Assembly (NCBI RefSeq): GCF_902713615.1
Contig: NC_052171.1
Location: 3,348,001 to 3,412,000 of the forward strand
Direction of reading: 5' to 3'
Length of the DNA stretch: 64,000 nucleotides
Source: Scyliorhinus canicula
Taxonomy: Eukaryota
Part shown: one piece after another, positions 1-12,755 of the stretch
How the letters are laid out: every line of letters begins with the position of its first letter
Position numbering within the stretch: the stretch's first letter is position 1
The notes under the pieces: model-generated
The model's input: the letters and a program-made list of their open reading frames with translations, nothing else
What the model was told of the DNA's origin: nothing
Databases searched by the model: none
Program-made: the position numbers and the translations under genes

Positions 1-969
1 ATTGGACTTTTATTTTTGCTAAAATTTGAAAACGGAGGCACATGCTGGTGTTTCCACACTCTTCTGCAAGACATCACATTCAAGGCCACATTCAATACGT
101 TCTTCAGCCTCACAGTCTTCCCGCCGCCATGAGCCCGCTGCACTCCAATTGTGGCCTCGACTTCCAAACATGAATCATTTCAGCACTGGCAGCTCGAAAT
201 GTACTCTCTGCCCTTCTTTCCTCCGTTAAAACACTTCAGAAAACCTAACCCTTTGGTCATCAACCCGGATATCTCCTGCCGTTCAATGCCGAATTTTGTT
301 CATTATCACTCCTGGGATATTTGGTTATTACATGAAAGCTGTAGTTGTAAAACCAGCTACCCGCTACCTGACAACTTGCCCTCCCAAGCTTGTGCGAGAA
401 ACTGTTCCTTGTCATGCTCTGTTCTTCAAATTAATATCTAGAACTTATGGAGCTGCATAAAAGGTTTTTGTGAAACAAAGCTGAAATCTCTGTTCTAGGG
501 TGTTAATGCTTCCAAAATACTATTACAGTTACATTGATTATAAATGAAATTATCCTTATTTTACGGATCACAAATTAGAAAAGGATACATTTCAGCTGAA
601 AAAACCTGCTGGCAGAGACTAGGCTTGATTCTTTACCATACTTTGCAGGATATCTGCTGCTCTGCCTACTTGGTCTTGTCATGTTACACAAGCTCCCAGT
701 CGGAATGAGGAGGTAAGCTCCTTCTGAAGATACTGAGAGATGTGGACATCCACAGGTAATTGGGCCTGCACTTTGTTTATTACTACCAGCTGGCCACTTT
801 CATAGCAGAATAACATTACTAATTAGGATAAGTAAAGCACTCAATAATACGCAATAATCTACTATCGCAGTCTACATTCAGTCAAATATCATGCGTCATT
901 ACATGCTGGTCAGAAGCCTGGGGAGACTATTCTTGTTTTCTCCACACCAACTGGCAGAGATACAAGAAG

Positions 970-3370
970 ATGACACTAACAGGTGTGAAGACACATCCAA
1001 CCACATTAAGCATGTTAAGTATTTGTCTGTAAACATCACAGACTGTCCATTTCGAGTCACTCAGGTTTGCAACACAGAAAAGGCCCCTCAGTTCATCCCA
1101 TCCACACCGGTCAAAAACAACGCCTAAATATTCTAATCCCATTTTCCAGCACTTGGCCCATAGGCTTGCATGCCTTGGCATCGCAAATGGATATCTAAAT
1201 ACTTCTTCAATGTTATGAGGGCCTCTGCCTCCACTCCGCTTTCAGGCAGTGAGTTCCAGACTTCCACCACCCTCTGGGTGAAAATGTTGCCCCATACCCA
1301 AAATCTATGCCCCCGGTTATTGCTTCCTCCACCAAAGGGAAAAAGATTCTTCCCGTCTCCTCACTCTGTGCCCCTCAATTTTATACATCTCAATCATGTT
1401 CTCCCTCAGTCTCCTCTGTTCTAAGGAAAACAACCGCAGTCTATCCAATCTCTACTGATAACTAACACTCTCCAGTCCAGACAACATCCTGGTAAATCTC
1501 CTCTGCACCCTTTCCAATACTATCGCATCCCTCCTCTAATATGGATTCCAGAACTGCACACAATGCTCTAGCTGTGGCCTAACCACCGTTTTATCTAGTT
1601 CCAGCATAATCTCCCTGCTCTTAAACTCGATGCCAAGTATACCATATGCCTTCTTAATCAGTGTATCTACCTGCCTGGTACCTTAAGGGACTAGTGTACT
1701 TCACACCAAGGTCCCTCTGATCTAAAGTGCTTCCCGGGATCCCAAGTGAAACATCTCACACTGGATTGAATTCCATTTGCCACTGATCAGCTCATCTGAC
1801 CAGTCCGTCTATATTCTCCTGTAATCAAAGGCTATCCCTCTTCACCATTTACCATCCCACCAATTTTCGTATCCTCTGCGAAGTTGGTCAATCTTAACCT
1901 CTTCTTTAAAAAAAAAACAAGCTGACGCTGTTCTGGATTAGTCCCTGCCTCTCCAAATGTAGATTAATTCTGTCTCTCAGAATTGCTTCCCATAATTTTC
2001 CCATCAGGGGTTAAACTGCAGTTTCCTGATTTATCCCTTCCTCGCTTCTTGAATATGGCTATCATTGACTATCCTCCAGTCCTCCAGCACCTCTCCTGCG
2101 GCCAGATAGGAATTGAAAATTATTACCATCACTGCTTCTATTTCTTTCCTTGCCTCACTCAACAGCCTGAGTTACATTTCATCTGGCCCTGTAGATTTGT
2201 CAACTTTTAAGCATGATAGACTATGAATAACTTCCTTTCTGTCTATGCTAATTTCTTTAATTTTATCACAGTCATTTTCCCTGATTTCTATACCCACACT
2301 GGCCCTTTCACAAGTGAATACCGACTCAAAGTATTCATTTAGAACCCTACCCACATTCATTTTAATTTCATTTTACATCCTCCTGTTCCACGCACAAATT
2401 ATCATTATGGTCCTGAATGGGCCCTACTCTTCATCGAGTTATCCTTTTACTCCGAATGGACTTAAACAATTTCTGATTTTCCTTTACTTTACCTGCCGAT
2501 ATCCTTTCATGTCCCCTTTTATGCTCTCCTACTTTCCTTTTTTAAGTTCCCTCTTGCACATTCTATACGCCTCTTGGACTTCCACTGTTTTGAGCCCTCA
2601 GTATCTGCCATAAGCCTCCCTTTTTCTCCTTATCCAATGCTGTATGTCCCTCAATATCCAGGGTTCACTGAATTTGTCGGTCCCACCCTTTTTCTTGATT
2701 GAACATCCTGGCCCTGTACTCTTCTTATTTCCTTCCTGAATGCATCCCAGTGTTCTGTCACAGATTTACCCAAAAATGTCTGCTCCCAGTCCACTCTGGC
2801 CAAATCATATCTTATCTTAAAAATCAGCACCCCCCCCCCCCCCCCCCCCCCACTCCCTGGCCAAATCGTACCATCTTGAAATCAACCTTCCCGCCCCACC
2901 CAAGGTCAGAACTTTGATTTCATGCCCAACTTTATCCTTTTTCATGACATTCTCGAATCTGACAGAGTTATGATCACTGTCTGCAAAATGCTACCCCCAC
3001 TGATACTTAAACCACTTGCTCAGCTCCATTACCCAAAATTACATTCAGGACCTCTCTCTCTCTCTCTCTCATGCAGGACCGTCTGCATACTGACTTAAAA
3101 GGTTCTCCTGAATGCATTTTAAGAATTCCGCTCCCTCCAAACCTTTTACACTATGACTACCCCATTAATGTTGGGGAAGTTGAAATCCCCTACTGTCACT
3201 ACCCTAGTATTTTTACACTTAATCTGAAATTTGCCCTCATATCGGCTCTTCTATTTTTCGCAGACTATTGGGGACTCGACAGAACACTTCCAGCAATGTA
3301 ATTGCTTCTTTTTGGTTTTTAAGTTCAGCCCATACAGCTTCATTTGAAGAGCCTTCTAAGATGCCTCTTC
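970..3370 (-). mobile_element. Decayed CR1-clade LINE fragments
   Basis: Minus-strand remnant VLNEYFESVFT...LKVDKSTGPD (ORF 2172..2360) and a CR1-type 3' end near 1070-1110. Confidence 0.75.
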
Positions 3371-5799
3371 TCTGATTCTGCACTCAGTGCATCTCTCATC
3401 ACAACAAATGGAGAAAAACTGTCTGCATGCTCCAGAGTTACAGTCGACTCTGAATGTCCACTCTCGTGCCAGCCATACATGGAATATCTTGCTCTACAGT
3501 TCGGAATGCTTGTGACTTACAGAAGTAATTTTTTCCATTGCCCCCATGAATAATCAAAACATTGAGATGGTATTTCACATGTCAAACAGGAAAAAAAATG
3601 TCAAGCCTTTAGTGCGACATTGCACCAGGAGACTGTATAAATGCACCCATCAATTGCAAAGTATGTTCAGTGATGAATACTGCTGCCACACGGCGCCAAT
3701 GACCCAGGTTTGATCCCAGGTCCTGCCCGTGTGGAGTTTGCACATTCTCCCAGTGTCTGGGTAGGTCACACCCCCACAGCCCAAAGATGAGCAGAGTAGG
3801 TGAATTGGTCACACCAAATTGCCCCTTAATTGGGGGCAAAAAATAATTGGGTACTTTTTTTTTTTAATTTTTAATTGCAAAATATTTACTCAATAGAAAC
3901 AGACCATTTGGTTCACCTGCTTCAAGCTACCATTTGTGTTCTTTTACCCTTCTTCATGTCACCCCATCAACAAATCTTTCTATACTTGCCACTGAATGCA
4001 TTTAGCACCCCTTTCTTTCTGCTGCCATTATATTAATACAATTACACCAATATCCACCCTTTTCCCTTCCTGATTATATTATAACCAGAAACATTTCAAC
4101 CCACTCTTTCAGTCACCATGTTTCAGTCACTCAGCTCTTGGCAGCTGGTATTGCTTAATTTTGGATTTTGTGCATACTGCTTCAAACAGTGCGTTTAATA
4201 TAATTTCTAATACTGGTTCCATTTGTTTTCTTTTTTACTATCCTTTTAAAACTTGTTTTATAACTATATTTGTTTCTTTATATTGACGTTATCCTTGATC
4301 TGATCTTCACTCTCATGTCCTATTTGATTTGTCTTCAGACATACAGAAACACTGAATTTGTGTGTGGATGAGGACATGAATGGGGAGCACAGATTAAGCA
4401 TCCAATTTGCTACTGTTAGTGGTACAAATATCCTCCAACGGAAGCCTTAAAAAAAATAAACTGGGCCACACCTTGGGATTGAATATTGTCACCTTGGAGA
4501 CACAGATCCAAATGTATTCCAACGCAATGCAGCTAAGTCTCATTTCTCTGGTAAATTTCAAGGTCCTATGTCAAGAATGATTTTGGAAATGTCCAAATGT
4601 ACAAGGAAGAGACTCAAAACCACTTCTAATTTCCCAATAAACTTCTCCGGTTGCATTTGGAGCTGTTGCAGTATGCAGAAAATAATGCACCAGGACAGCA
4701 AGTAATGGTGTTCTGAAAACAGACACTGTGATATTACTGTGCGCACTGGACAGAACTTCATAATCCATCTAATTTCTATGTGTGATCGCTGATCATTTGC
4801 TGTTGGCACTGCTTCCTGAATGGTTCTGTTCCATTTCCCAAAGCTCAGTGGTCAGCTCAATGAAACCTAATTCAGAAGAATAATTTCTAAAGATGCTAGT
4901 TTCAAACCCTCTTTTCATTTCAGCTGTTTTTTCCTGTAGCTGAGACATTTGCTAGGGTACCAGTGACAGCTTGACCAAGTGACAAGTCTTTACATGTGAG
5001 ATGAGTGGGAATGTCAGCAGTCGACAGTACCGTAGAGAATACCAAAACTCACCTTTCTTGCTATATATGTGCATACATATTGCCATGCATTCACTTACAA
5101 AGTGCAGTTACTTTCCAATCTTGCAGCTGATTCTTTTCCCTCTCTATCTTAGTGTTGTTGATTGTCATTCCTTAACTGCTGTTGCCCCAACCTAGTTCAG
5201 CTAACTCAACATAGACCAGGAATAAAAAATGGGACCTTGTTAGTGCTTCAACAGGCAGTAGCCTGATTCAAAGGTTGATCAAAAAGCTTTGAAAATAACT
5301 CTAAAAAGCTCATCATCCACAAACAAGCCCAACATCATCCACATAAATCATGATGCGTCCAGTCAAAACAGCATCACTGGCAGTCCCTGATTCCATTCAT
5401 CATGACATTAATGTTCTTCACGGATTGGAATTTCTCTCCTGTAACCATTGTTTATTGTATTTATTTAAATTCTTCATTCACATGTCCTTGGGTCTTACAA
5501 CCATTGACTGGTAAGGACTATTTAGTCATCCCGACTGGTAGCAGGTTGTCAATGGGCCCATAACTTCCTCGGCAGTGGAAATCAGCTTTGGATTACCACT
5601 CCTTAGCGACTTCGGGACTTTGGATTTCATGCAGAGCTGCCTCACCAGACCTTCCCAACTCAAGCCGGATGAAACTGAAAAAGTGCTATTTTTTCTTCTA
5701 ACTCTGAGTAACTTAAAATCACTTTGTCAGATGGTTCCCAACCCAGCGCAAATGTCCAGGGGAAGTTCGCTCTTCTGGACAATTGCCAGGTAGTCCCTT

Positions 5800-6135
5800 A
5801 AATACTAATAATAATCTTTATTATTGTCACAAGTAGACTAACATTAACACTATTGTCACAAGTAGGTTTACATGAACACTGCAATGAAGTTACTGTGAAA
5901 ATCCCCCAGTCGCTACACGATGGCGCCACTTCAGGTACACGGAGGGAGAATTCAGAATGTCCAATTCGCCTAACAAGCACTTCTTTCAGGACTTGCGGAA
6001 GGAAACCGGAGCACCCAGGGGAAACCCACACAGACCATGCAGATTCCGCACAGACTGTGACCCAAGTGGGAATCGAACCTGGGATCCTGGAGCTGTGAAG
6101 CAACAGTGCGAACGATTGTGCTACCGTGCCGCCCA
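5800..6135 (-). mobile_element. HE1-type tRNA-derived SINE (tail variant GGGGATTTTCACAGTAACTTCATTGCAG)
   Basis: GGGCGGCACGGTAGCACA head with B-box GGTTCGATTCCC. Same variant at ~24668-24977, ~38232-38530, ~47310-47515. Confidence 0.85.
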
Positions 6136-7039
6136 GGAGGCATGCAAAGTTCCTGGAGGGATTCTCCAAAAACAATATTTGGGGTGCCTGGAGGTTATGG
6201 CCCAAGACACTGTGTTCCAAAAGAGTGTCGGCGGGTGAATGTCTTATGAAAACTAACTTGTGAGTATTTCAATTGCAAATTTAAACCTTCATTGCCCATC
6301 ATTAGGAAATCTGCACAAGACTGCACTCAGTATCAAAACTGAATTGTAAACCACTATTTGCCGGTCTGCAGTCTTTTATTTTAAGCAAGATGAAAAGATT
6401 TAAGTGTGTAAGATTTTGTGTGACATTTTTCAACAAAAGCGTTATTTTAGCCCATCATCTGAGAATGTTGGTTGCTCAATACAGGATGGCAGCAGTTTGT
6501 CAGGTAGCTACAAACCATTAAGTAAGCGGTAATGAAAACCACAAGAGCAAAACCTCAGAATTTTAGCAATGCTAGCAGACACTCTTACATTTTTCTTAAA
6601 AATTGTCTGAAGAGTATTTTATTCTCCAATTGTTATCAGGTAAAATTCAGTGCAATTTTTTAAAGCTTCCAAAAACAACAATTTTCCAACAGAATCGCAT
6701 ATATTGCAGGTGAACAGTTCAGCGAAGACAATTCAAATGGCGGCTTCTGGAAAACCAACATCCTTTTTACCTTCTCCCCAGTATCAATGAGGAATATGTC
6801 TTACCCATCACCCAGCATCAGTATCACACATGCATGGCACAACACATTCAGATACAAATGCTTCCTCAAGTTTTTGATAGTTAAATGTCCTTTCACATAT
6901 GGCTGAATTAGACAGATGAAATAACGGTGATCGAAGATGACGAAGTTCGCTGAAATCAGTGCCGTAATTGGCCTCACCAGGCCAAAATTTGGCAGAAGGA
7001 ATTGGCAGTGTTGAAGATGACTTTTAAAAAATTGTTTGG

Positions 7040-7462
7040 TGGGCGGCATAGTGGCCAGCACTGCTGCTTCATGACGCTCTGTTCCCGATCACTGCCCTTG
7101 CGGAGTTTGCACATTCTCCCCCTGTCCATGTGGATCTCACCCCCACAACCCAAAAATGTGCAGGGTAGGTGATTTGGCCACGCAAAATTGCCCCGTAAGT
7201 GGAAAAAAAATTGAGTACTCTAAATTTATAAAAAGGGAAAAAAGAGAGGGCAGCACAGTGGTTAGCACTGCTGTCCCACAGCGTTGAAGATCTGGGTTTG
7301 ATCCTGGCCCTGCGTAAACTCTGTGTGGAGTTTACACATTCTCCCAGTGTTTGCGTGGGTTTTCCCCCACAACCCAAAGATGTGCAGGGTAGGTGGATTG
7401 GCCATGCTAAATTGCCCCTTAATTGGAAAACAAATAATTGGGTTGTCTAAATTTATTCTTAA
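7040..7462 (+). mobile_element. Two tandem HE1-type SINEs (AT-rich tail variant)
   Basis: Body GTGGAGTTTGCACATTCTCCC...GGATTGGCCATGCTAAATTGCCCCTTAATTGG. Same variant at ~3660-3870, 9000-9210, 22435-22640, 28765-28891/33529-33633, 34425-34620, 35545-35768, 39700-39915, 44280-44502, 51290-51522, 57040-57265, 63695-63892. Confidence 0.85.
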
Positions 7463-10400
7463 AAAGTCTTAATTTCCACAATTCGAATTGGTCCCTTTTG
7501 ATGTTTGCCATTCACCATTTTGCAAAATATTTCCTTTGCCCACTCACATTCCAAAGTAATATTTTATCCAACCACACTCGAGCAGAAAGATATCCTGTTG
7601 GATATAGCCAACATTCTAATTTATCTCCCAGGATCAGACTGAAAGGAAAGTGTTTAATAAAGGCTTGTGAATTCTATAATGGATGGATTCTCATATATTC
7701 CTCAGAACTAAATACAGATGAGCAAGAAAATCTCCGGCACCATTGACAGCAATGTGGACTTCCAAAAATCTCAAACTACAAAGAAGGAATTTGAACTGGA
7801 CTCTCCCTGAAGCTACAATAGTCTGCACGCTCCACTGAGATGTGTTTCCTCAACATCCAACTCCTTCTCAATCAACATGCAAAAAAGACAACAGAAAATA
7901 AAATTTGTGCATGAGTAATCATTTTACATCATTACATGTTGAACTGGGGATGTGTTGCTACAAGCTCTGGAAAGTCATCACGACATGCGCAACAGCAATA
8001 TATTTGCAGTCCATATGTTTTTGCACTGATGCACAGCTAAGAGCCACAACAGAGCAGAATTCACCACAGAAAAAAGCGCGGCTTATTACATTTGAAGACA
8101 GAGCCACAGCAATGAATGTTAAAATAAACAGAACACATTCCAAAATTTAGTTTCAGTTACTGCAATTTGAAAAAGGGATCCAGGGAACAAAGGCTGATGC
8201 TGACTTCGCGCCAAGTTCCTCCAATATCCACTTTGTTCCTTTCCAGTTTCCATTAATATGATTCTTGAAGTAGTAGGTCTCGTCAATTAGCCTTTCAGAT
8301 ATTTCGATAGACATAGCCCAGACCAGGAGTAGTGGAATTTAACAGTGTATTCACATCACACTTAAGTGTCAAGCAAAAGCCCAAACTGACTCAGCAACAA
8401 AGTGAAACAAGACTTCCGTCTGAGGTGAGTCACACTTCACTCTTAGATCAGGCCTCAAACTCAGAGCTAAGCTGCAATTTCACCATAACTGCAGTGAGAA
8501 TTTAAAACACTTCACACCCACACTACGCTAGTTTGCTGTAGGCAAAGAAAAGCATGCATTACCTTACCGCCATGATCTCTTCCAAAAAGCATGCTTTAGA
8601 TCGTGTTTGTGAGACTAATGAAGTGAACGCAGGATGTAAGCCAGTCCCAAAGGAGGACTGTCACCTCAGCCAACTATTGGGAATAGAATGAAAAGGCTCG
8701 GGAGCAGGTTTCAAGCCTTGAGAAAATACATGAGCCGAAAATAAAGAAATAAAAATCTATTGAGTTTGAATTACAGGGTCCAGAGAATGGTAGAGCTGCT
8801 CCTCCAAAGCACTATTTGCTCATAACATAAGAAACTCGATGTTCATCTGCCCAACACAAAGCAAAGGTTGCTATGATTGGTACATTCAGTGGGCATCTCA
8901 AATGTCCTTTTGAATGATATTTATGATGCCAACATGTTCAATGATTCTATCTTTGTGCTATTTTTCCAAAGATATTATTCAATAAACAAATATACTTTCA
9001 TTGGTGGTGTAGTGGTTAGCACTGCTGCCTATGGCGCTGAAGACCCGGGTTCGATCATGGCCCCAGGCCACTGTCTGTATGGAGTTTGCACATTCTCCCC
9101 GTGTCTGCGTGGGTTTCGCCCCCACAACCCAGAAAGATGTGTAGGTTTGGTGGATTGCCCATGCCAAATTGGAAAAAAATAATTGGGTACTCAAAATTTA
9201 TTTTAAAAAACAAATGTACTTCTCATTAAAACTGATCAATGATTTGGGTTCATCTATTGCTTTGTCAAAATAGGATAAACTAATTTGCAAACAAGTCTCC
9301 ATTCATGCGCTCAAAAATAAAGAGGTTAACAGACAATTACCCCTTCGTGCTTTGGCATTACTGATGTATACGGACAATTTGTTTGAGCACTAATGTGCAG
9401 GTTCAGAGTGCAAATGCTCAATGCCCTGCCCTGAGCACACCAAACCCATCTTTTCCTTGACTGCAGGCGAAGTGACAAATACAAAAGATATTAAAGTTCG
9501 AACACTAACTCTTATCTCCAGGCTGTTGTCCAATTGGGGCATTGGCTGCGGTCTGGAAACAACAATAACTTTCATTTATATAATGCCTGGCAGGTAGTAA
9601 CACACCACTAGAAACATCAGCTGACAAAATCTGACACCTAGAAGGAAATATTGAGAAAGATGACCAGAAAGCTTGCTCAAAGAATTTGTTTTCAAGTAGT
9701 GCTCCAAAGGATAAGAGGTGGAGAAAGGGAGAGGAATTTCTGTGTTCGTGACTGAAGGTGATGGCATGGCTGGCAACAATCGGACAGATATAGGGGGACA
9801 CGCAAGATCTATGGTTGTAAGCACAGAGTTCTCAGTGGGTTATATGCCTGAATGAGGTTCCACAGGTAGGGATGGTACAATAATGGAGAAATTTGACAAC
9901 AGGACTAAAATGGGTTTTTTCCAATTCACGGTGTCGCTGGACCAGGTACCAGTGTATGTCAGCGAGCAGAGGGATGATGGGCAAGTGAGCATTGGTATAG
10001 GTTTGACTATGAACAACACAATTCGGGATGAGCTAATGTTAATAGAGGGTGGAAGATGGGAGATTGGCAAAGACAACGCTGGAATAATCTAGATGTGGGG
10101 TGACAAACACCTGGATGGGGAGTTTCAGCACGATGGCACAATGGTTTGCACTTCTGCCTCACAGCACCAGGGACCCGGGTTCAATTCCGACTTTGGGTGA
10201 CTGTGTGGAGTCTGCACATTCTCCCTTTGGGTATGTGTGTTGTATGTGTGTATATGGAAACTGCTCCTCAACCAGGACTGGAGGATGAGAAATGGGAGAG
10301 GGGCAAGAATAAGTCCATCAGGGACTCAATAGATAACAGTGCTGGTCAAGAAGAGAAGCTATTGAACAGATACTTTGACATTGACCTTACAGTATAGAAC

Positions 10401-10674
10401 CAGGTGAGAAGAGTCCCACTCTGGCCAACAGCTGAGAGGACAGTTGAACCAATTTTGCCAAAGGTTGTTGAGAGATCCAAGTGGACAGAAATAATTTTTA
10501 AAAATACAATTTTGAAAAAGAACTGCCAATAAAGAAGTGCGCTGTGAATTATTTTCTGACTTTACTGGGCTGGAACACAGAACCTTTAAGTTTGCAGAAC
10601 CAGGCACTGATTAGAATGAATTAACAAATTTATGTTGAACATTTTTGGAAGTGCTGTGAAATATGAAGCTGTAC

Positions 10675-11355
10675 CTGGACAACAGGATTTCCGCAAATTG
10701 TTTTGCATTCTTCAGGCTCCATCTTGACAGCTTTATGTTCTTGGCTCTCGGTGCTGGCAGAATCATGCTTATTCCTTTTCTTTTTCTCCTTTTTTAGTTT
10801 GCGAGCCACTGTGGGCTCAGCAGCCTGAGCCTGCTGTTCATTCAAGAGATCCCCACAGAGTGAGGACTCAAATAGTGCCTTCCCATTATGGTAAGTTTTA
10901 GTGATACGCAGCTTAATCTCCGGAGAGCCCGTCTTCTTCGGGGTGACGGGTTCAGGAACAGGGGGAGAGGGCACTTTCTCCTGAATCTCAGGCTGTTTCA
11001 CCAAGTAGTTTCCCCCTGTATAACAGTCAGTGGAACTAAAGTTCCTAAACGTTCCATATCCATTGGCAGATCCATTGGGGAGCTGGGAGTATGCTGGGTA
11101 TTTGTTTGGTGTTTCATACATGTTAACACTCGAGTAGCCATTGGTGACCGGTGGGACTGTATCAGCACCAGAAGCAGGAAAGATAAACCCTTGCTGTAGG
11201 GAAGCCTCATAGGATTGCCCTCTGTCTTCCCTAATGCCACTGCTGGCATTCAGAACGTCAGGAACCTGCCTCATATTGGCTGAATCAATAAGTTGTTGCG
11301 GCAGTTGAATCGTGTTTCCCATGATACCTTTCATGAATGTGAAGGAGAGATCCAT
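10675..11355 (-). CDS. NSD3: NSD3 (WHSC1L1) H3K36 methyltransferase, coding part of exon 2 (N-terminal ~227 aa)
   Basis: ORF 10630..11355 begins MDLSFTFMKGIMGNTIQLPQQLIDSANMRQ and contains GSPEIKLRITKTYHNGKALFESSLCGDLLNE, matching the recalled vertebrate NSD3 N-terminus (MDFSFSFMQGIMGNTIQ; EIKLKITKT BRD4-ET binding motif). Acceptor ctccatag|G gives exon start 11399, 44 nt before the ATG. Likely donor CAG|gtacag at 10675/10674 (phase 0). No later exons (PWWP etc.) found in the window. Confidence 0.93.
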
Positions 11356-11815
11356 CGTGTTGCCCCCGCATCCTCAACTTTCCCTCTCTCCTATTGAGCC
11401 TATGGAGTGATGACAAAAAGACACCATTATTCATCACCCTCACAGCAATTTGCAACAGAACTCTAGCTAAAACAGGACACATGCAACAATGCACAACTCC
11501 AAAATATTTAATAATGCACATCAACTAATTAACTTAATCAAGATTGTCTTGACTGTTAACACCAGTCATTTGAATAGTCTCTCATGAACCTGCAATTACG
11601 TGATGCCTGGGAGACAGTAAAACATCACAAGGTATTTCCCAGGAGTGTCATCTGACACCTAGCCAAAGAAGCAGATACTGACAGAGATGGCAGAAAGCTT
11701 GGTCAGAGGTCAGATTAAAGGAGTGTCCTAAAGGACAAGAAAGAAGGAGCGAGATAGAGAGGGATTCCTGAATTTAAAGTGTCAGAAGATGAAGGCATGA
11801 CTGCCAATAGTTGGA

Positions 11816-11819
<4 letters not shown>

Positions 11820-11848
<29 letters not shown>
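11820..11848. repeat. (GA)n microsatellite
   Basis: ~14 GA units. Confidence 0.95.
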
Positions 11849-11851
<3 letters not shown>

Positions 11852-12245
11852 CGTGTACTGTTGTTCGCACGTAGAATTGTCAGTGGTTTGGAGGCCTCAT
11901 TGAGGTTCCAGAGACCGGGAGGGGTGCAGCCGTGAAGATGTTTTGTATCAAGTTTACCGAGTGTTCAAAACCAACTATTCAAATTCCTTTTAAAAATGAT
12001 CAAACCTCAAACTGCATTCAGCTGCAAAAGAACAGGAAATGTAACCCGCATCCCCTACACCCTCAAGATCTATCATCTGATCTGACAATTTGGTCAATCA
12101 CCATAAGACACTACAACACTAACATGAAAATTGATTTCCATTGTGATGCCAAGATTTAAACATTTTTTTTTAAAATAAATTTAGAGTATCCAATTTTTTT
12201 TCCCAATTTAGCATAGTCAATCCACCTAGCCTGCTCATCTTTAGG

Positions 12246-12246
<1 letters not shown>

Positions 12247-12284
<38 letters not shown>
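12247..12284. repeat. (TG)n microsatellite within a SINE remnant
   Basis: ~19 TG units. Confidence 0.95.
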
Positions 12285-12290
<6 letters not shown>

Positions 12291-12526
12291 GGGGGGGGGG
12301 GTGGGAGACAGAGACACGGACAGAGACACTTGTACAAAAAACAAATGGTACAAGCACTGAACTTGGCGCTGGAGAGACCAGATACCCTCGCCTCTGTACA
12401 AACAAAAGGGAAAGAGATGTGGTGGGGAGAGAAGGGAAAGGAGGGTGGTGGGGAGGGAGGGAGTCATGGTGGTGGAGGGAGGGGTGGGGGGGGTGTGACC
12501 AATAGGACACTGCCTGAACTATTTAC

Positions 12527-12627
12527 AGTAAGAAGTCTTACAATACCAGGTTGCAAGTCCAACAGGTTTGGTGTTGTAAGACTTCTTGCTGTGCTCACCC
12601 CAGTCCAACGCCGGCATCTCCACATCA
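12527..12627. mobile_element. Second, shorter palindromic Penelope-like remnant of the same family
   Basis: Same termini as the 22906 copy, shorter inverted arms. 11-bp TSD GAACTATTTAC at 12516-12526 and 12628-12638. Confidence 0.75.
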
Positions 12628-12697
12628 GAACTATTTACGGAGGCAGAAAAACAAAAGAACCTTCAATTATGATGTGCCAGAATCTGGGAGTCCTCCA

Positions 12698-12699
<2 letters not shown>

Positions 12700-12753
<54 letters not shown>
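12700..12753. repeat. Poly-G homopolymer (~54 nt)
   Basis: Uninterrupted G run. Shorter C/G runs at ~2830, ~20175, ~20458, ~23862. Confidence 0.9.

Positions 12754-12755
<2 letters not shown>

Noticed and set aside
1-10674. Search for downstream NSD3 exons; donor-like sites near 5050, 6805 and 8565
   Set aside because: No NSD3-like peptide (e.g. VGDLVWSK, YPWWP) seen. A short divergent exon cannot be excluded.
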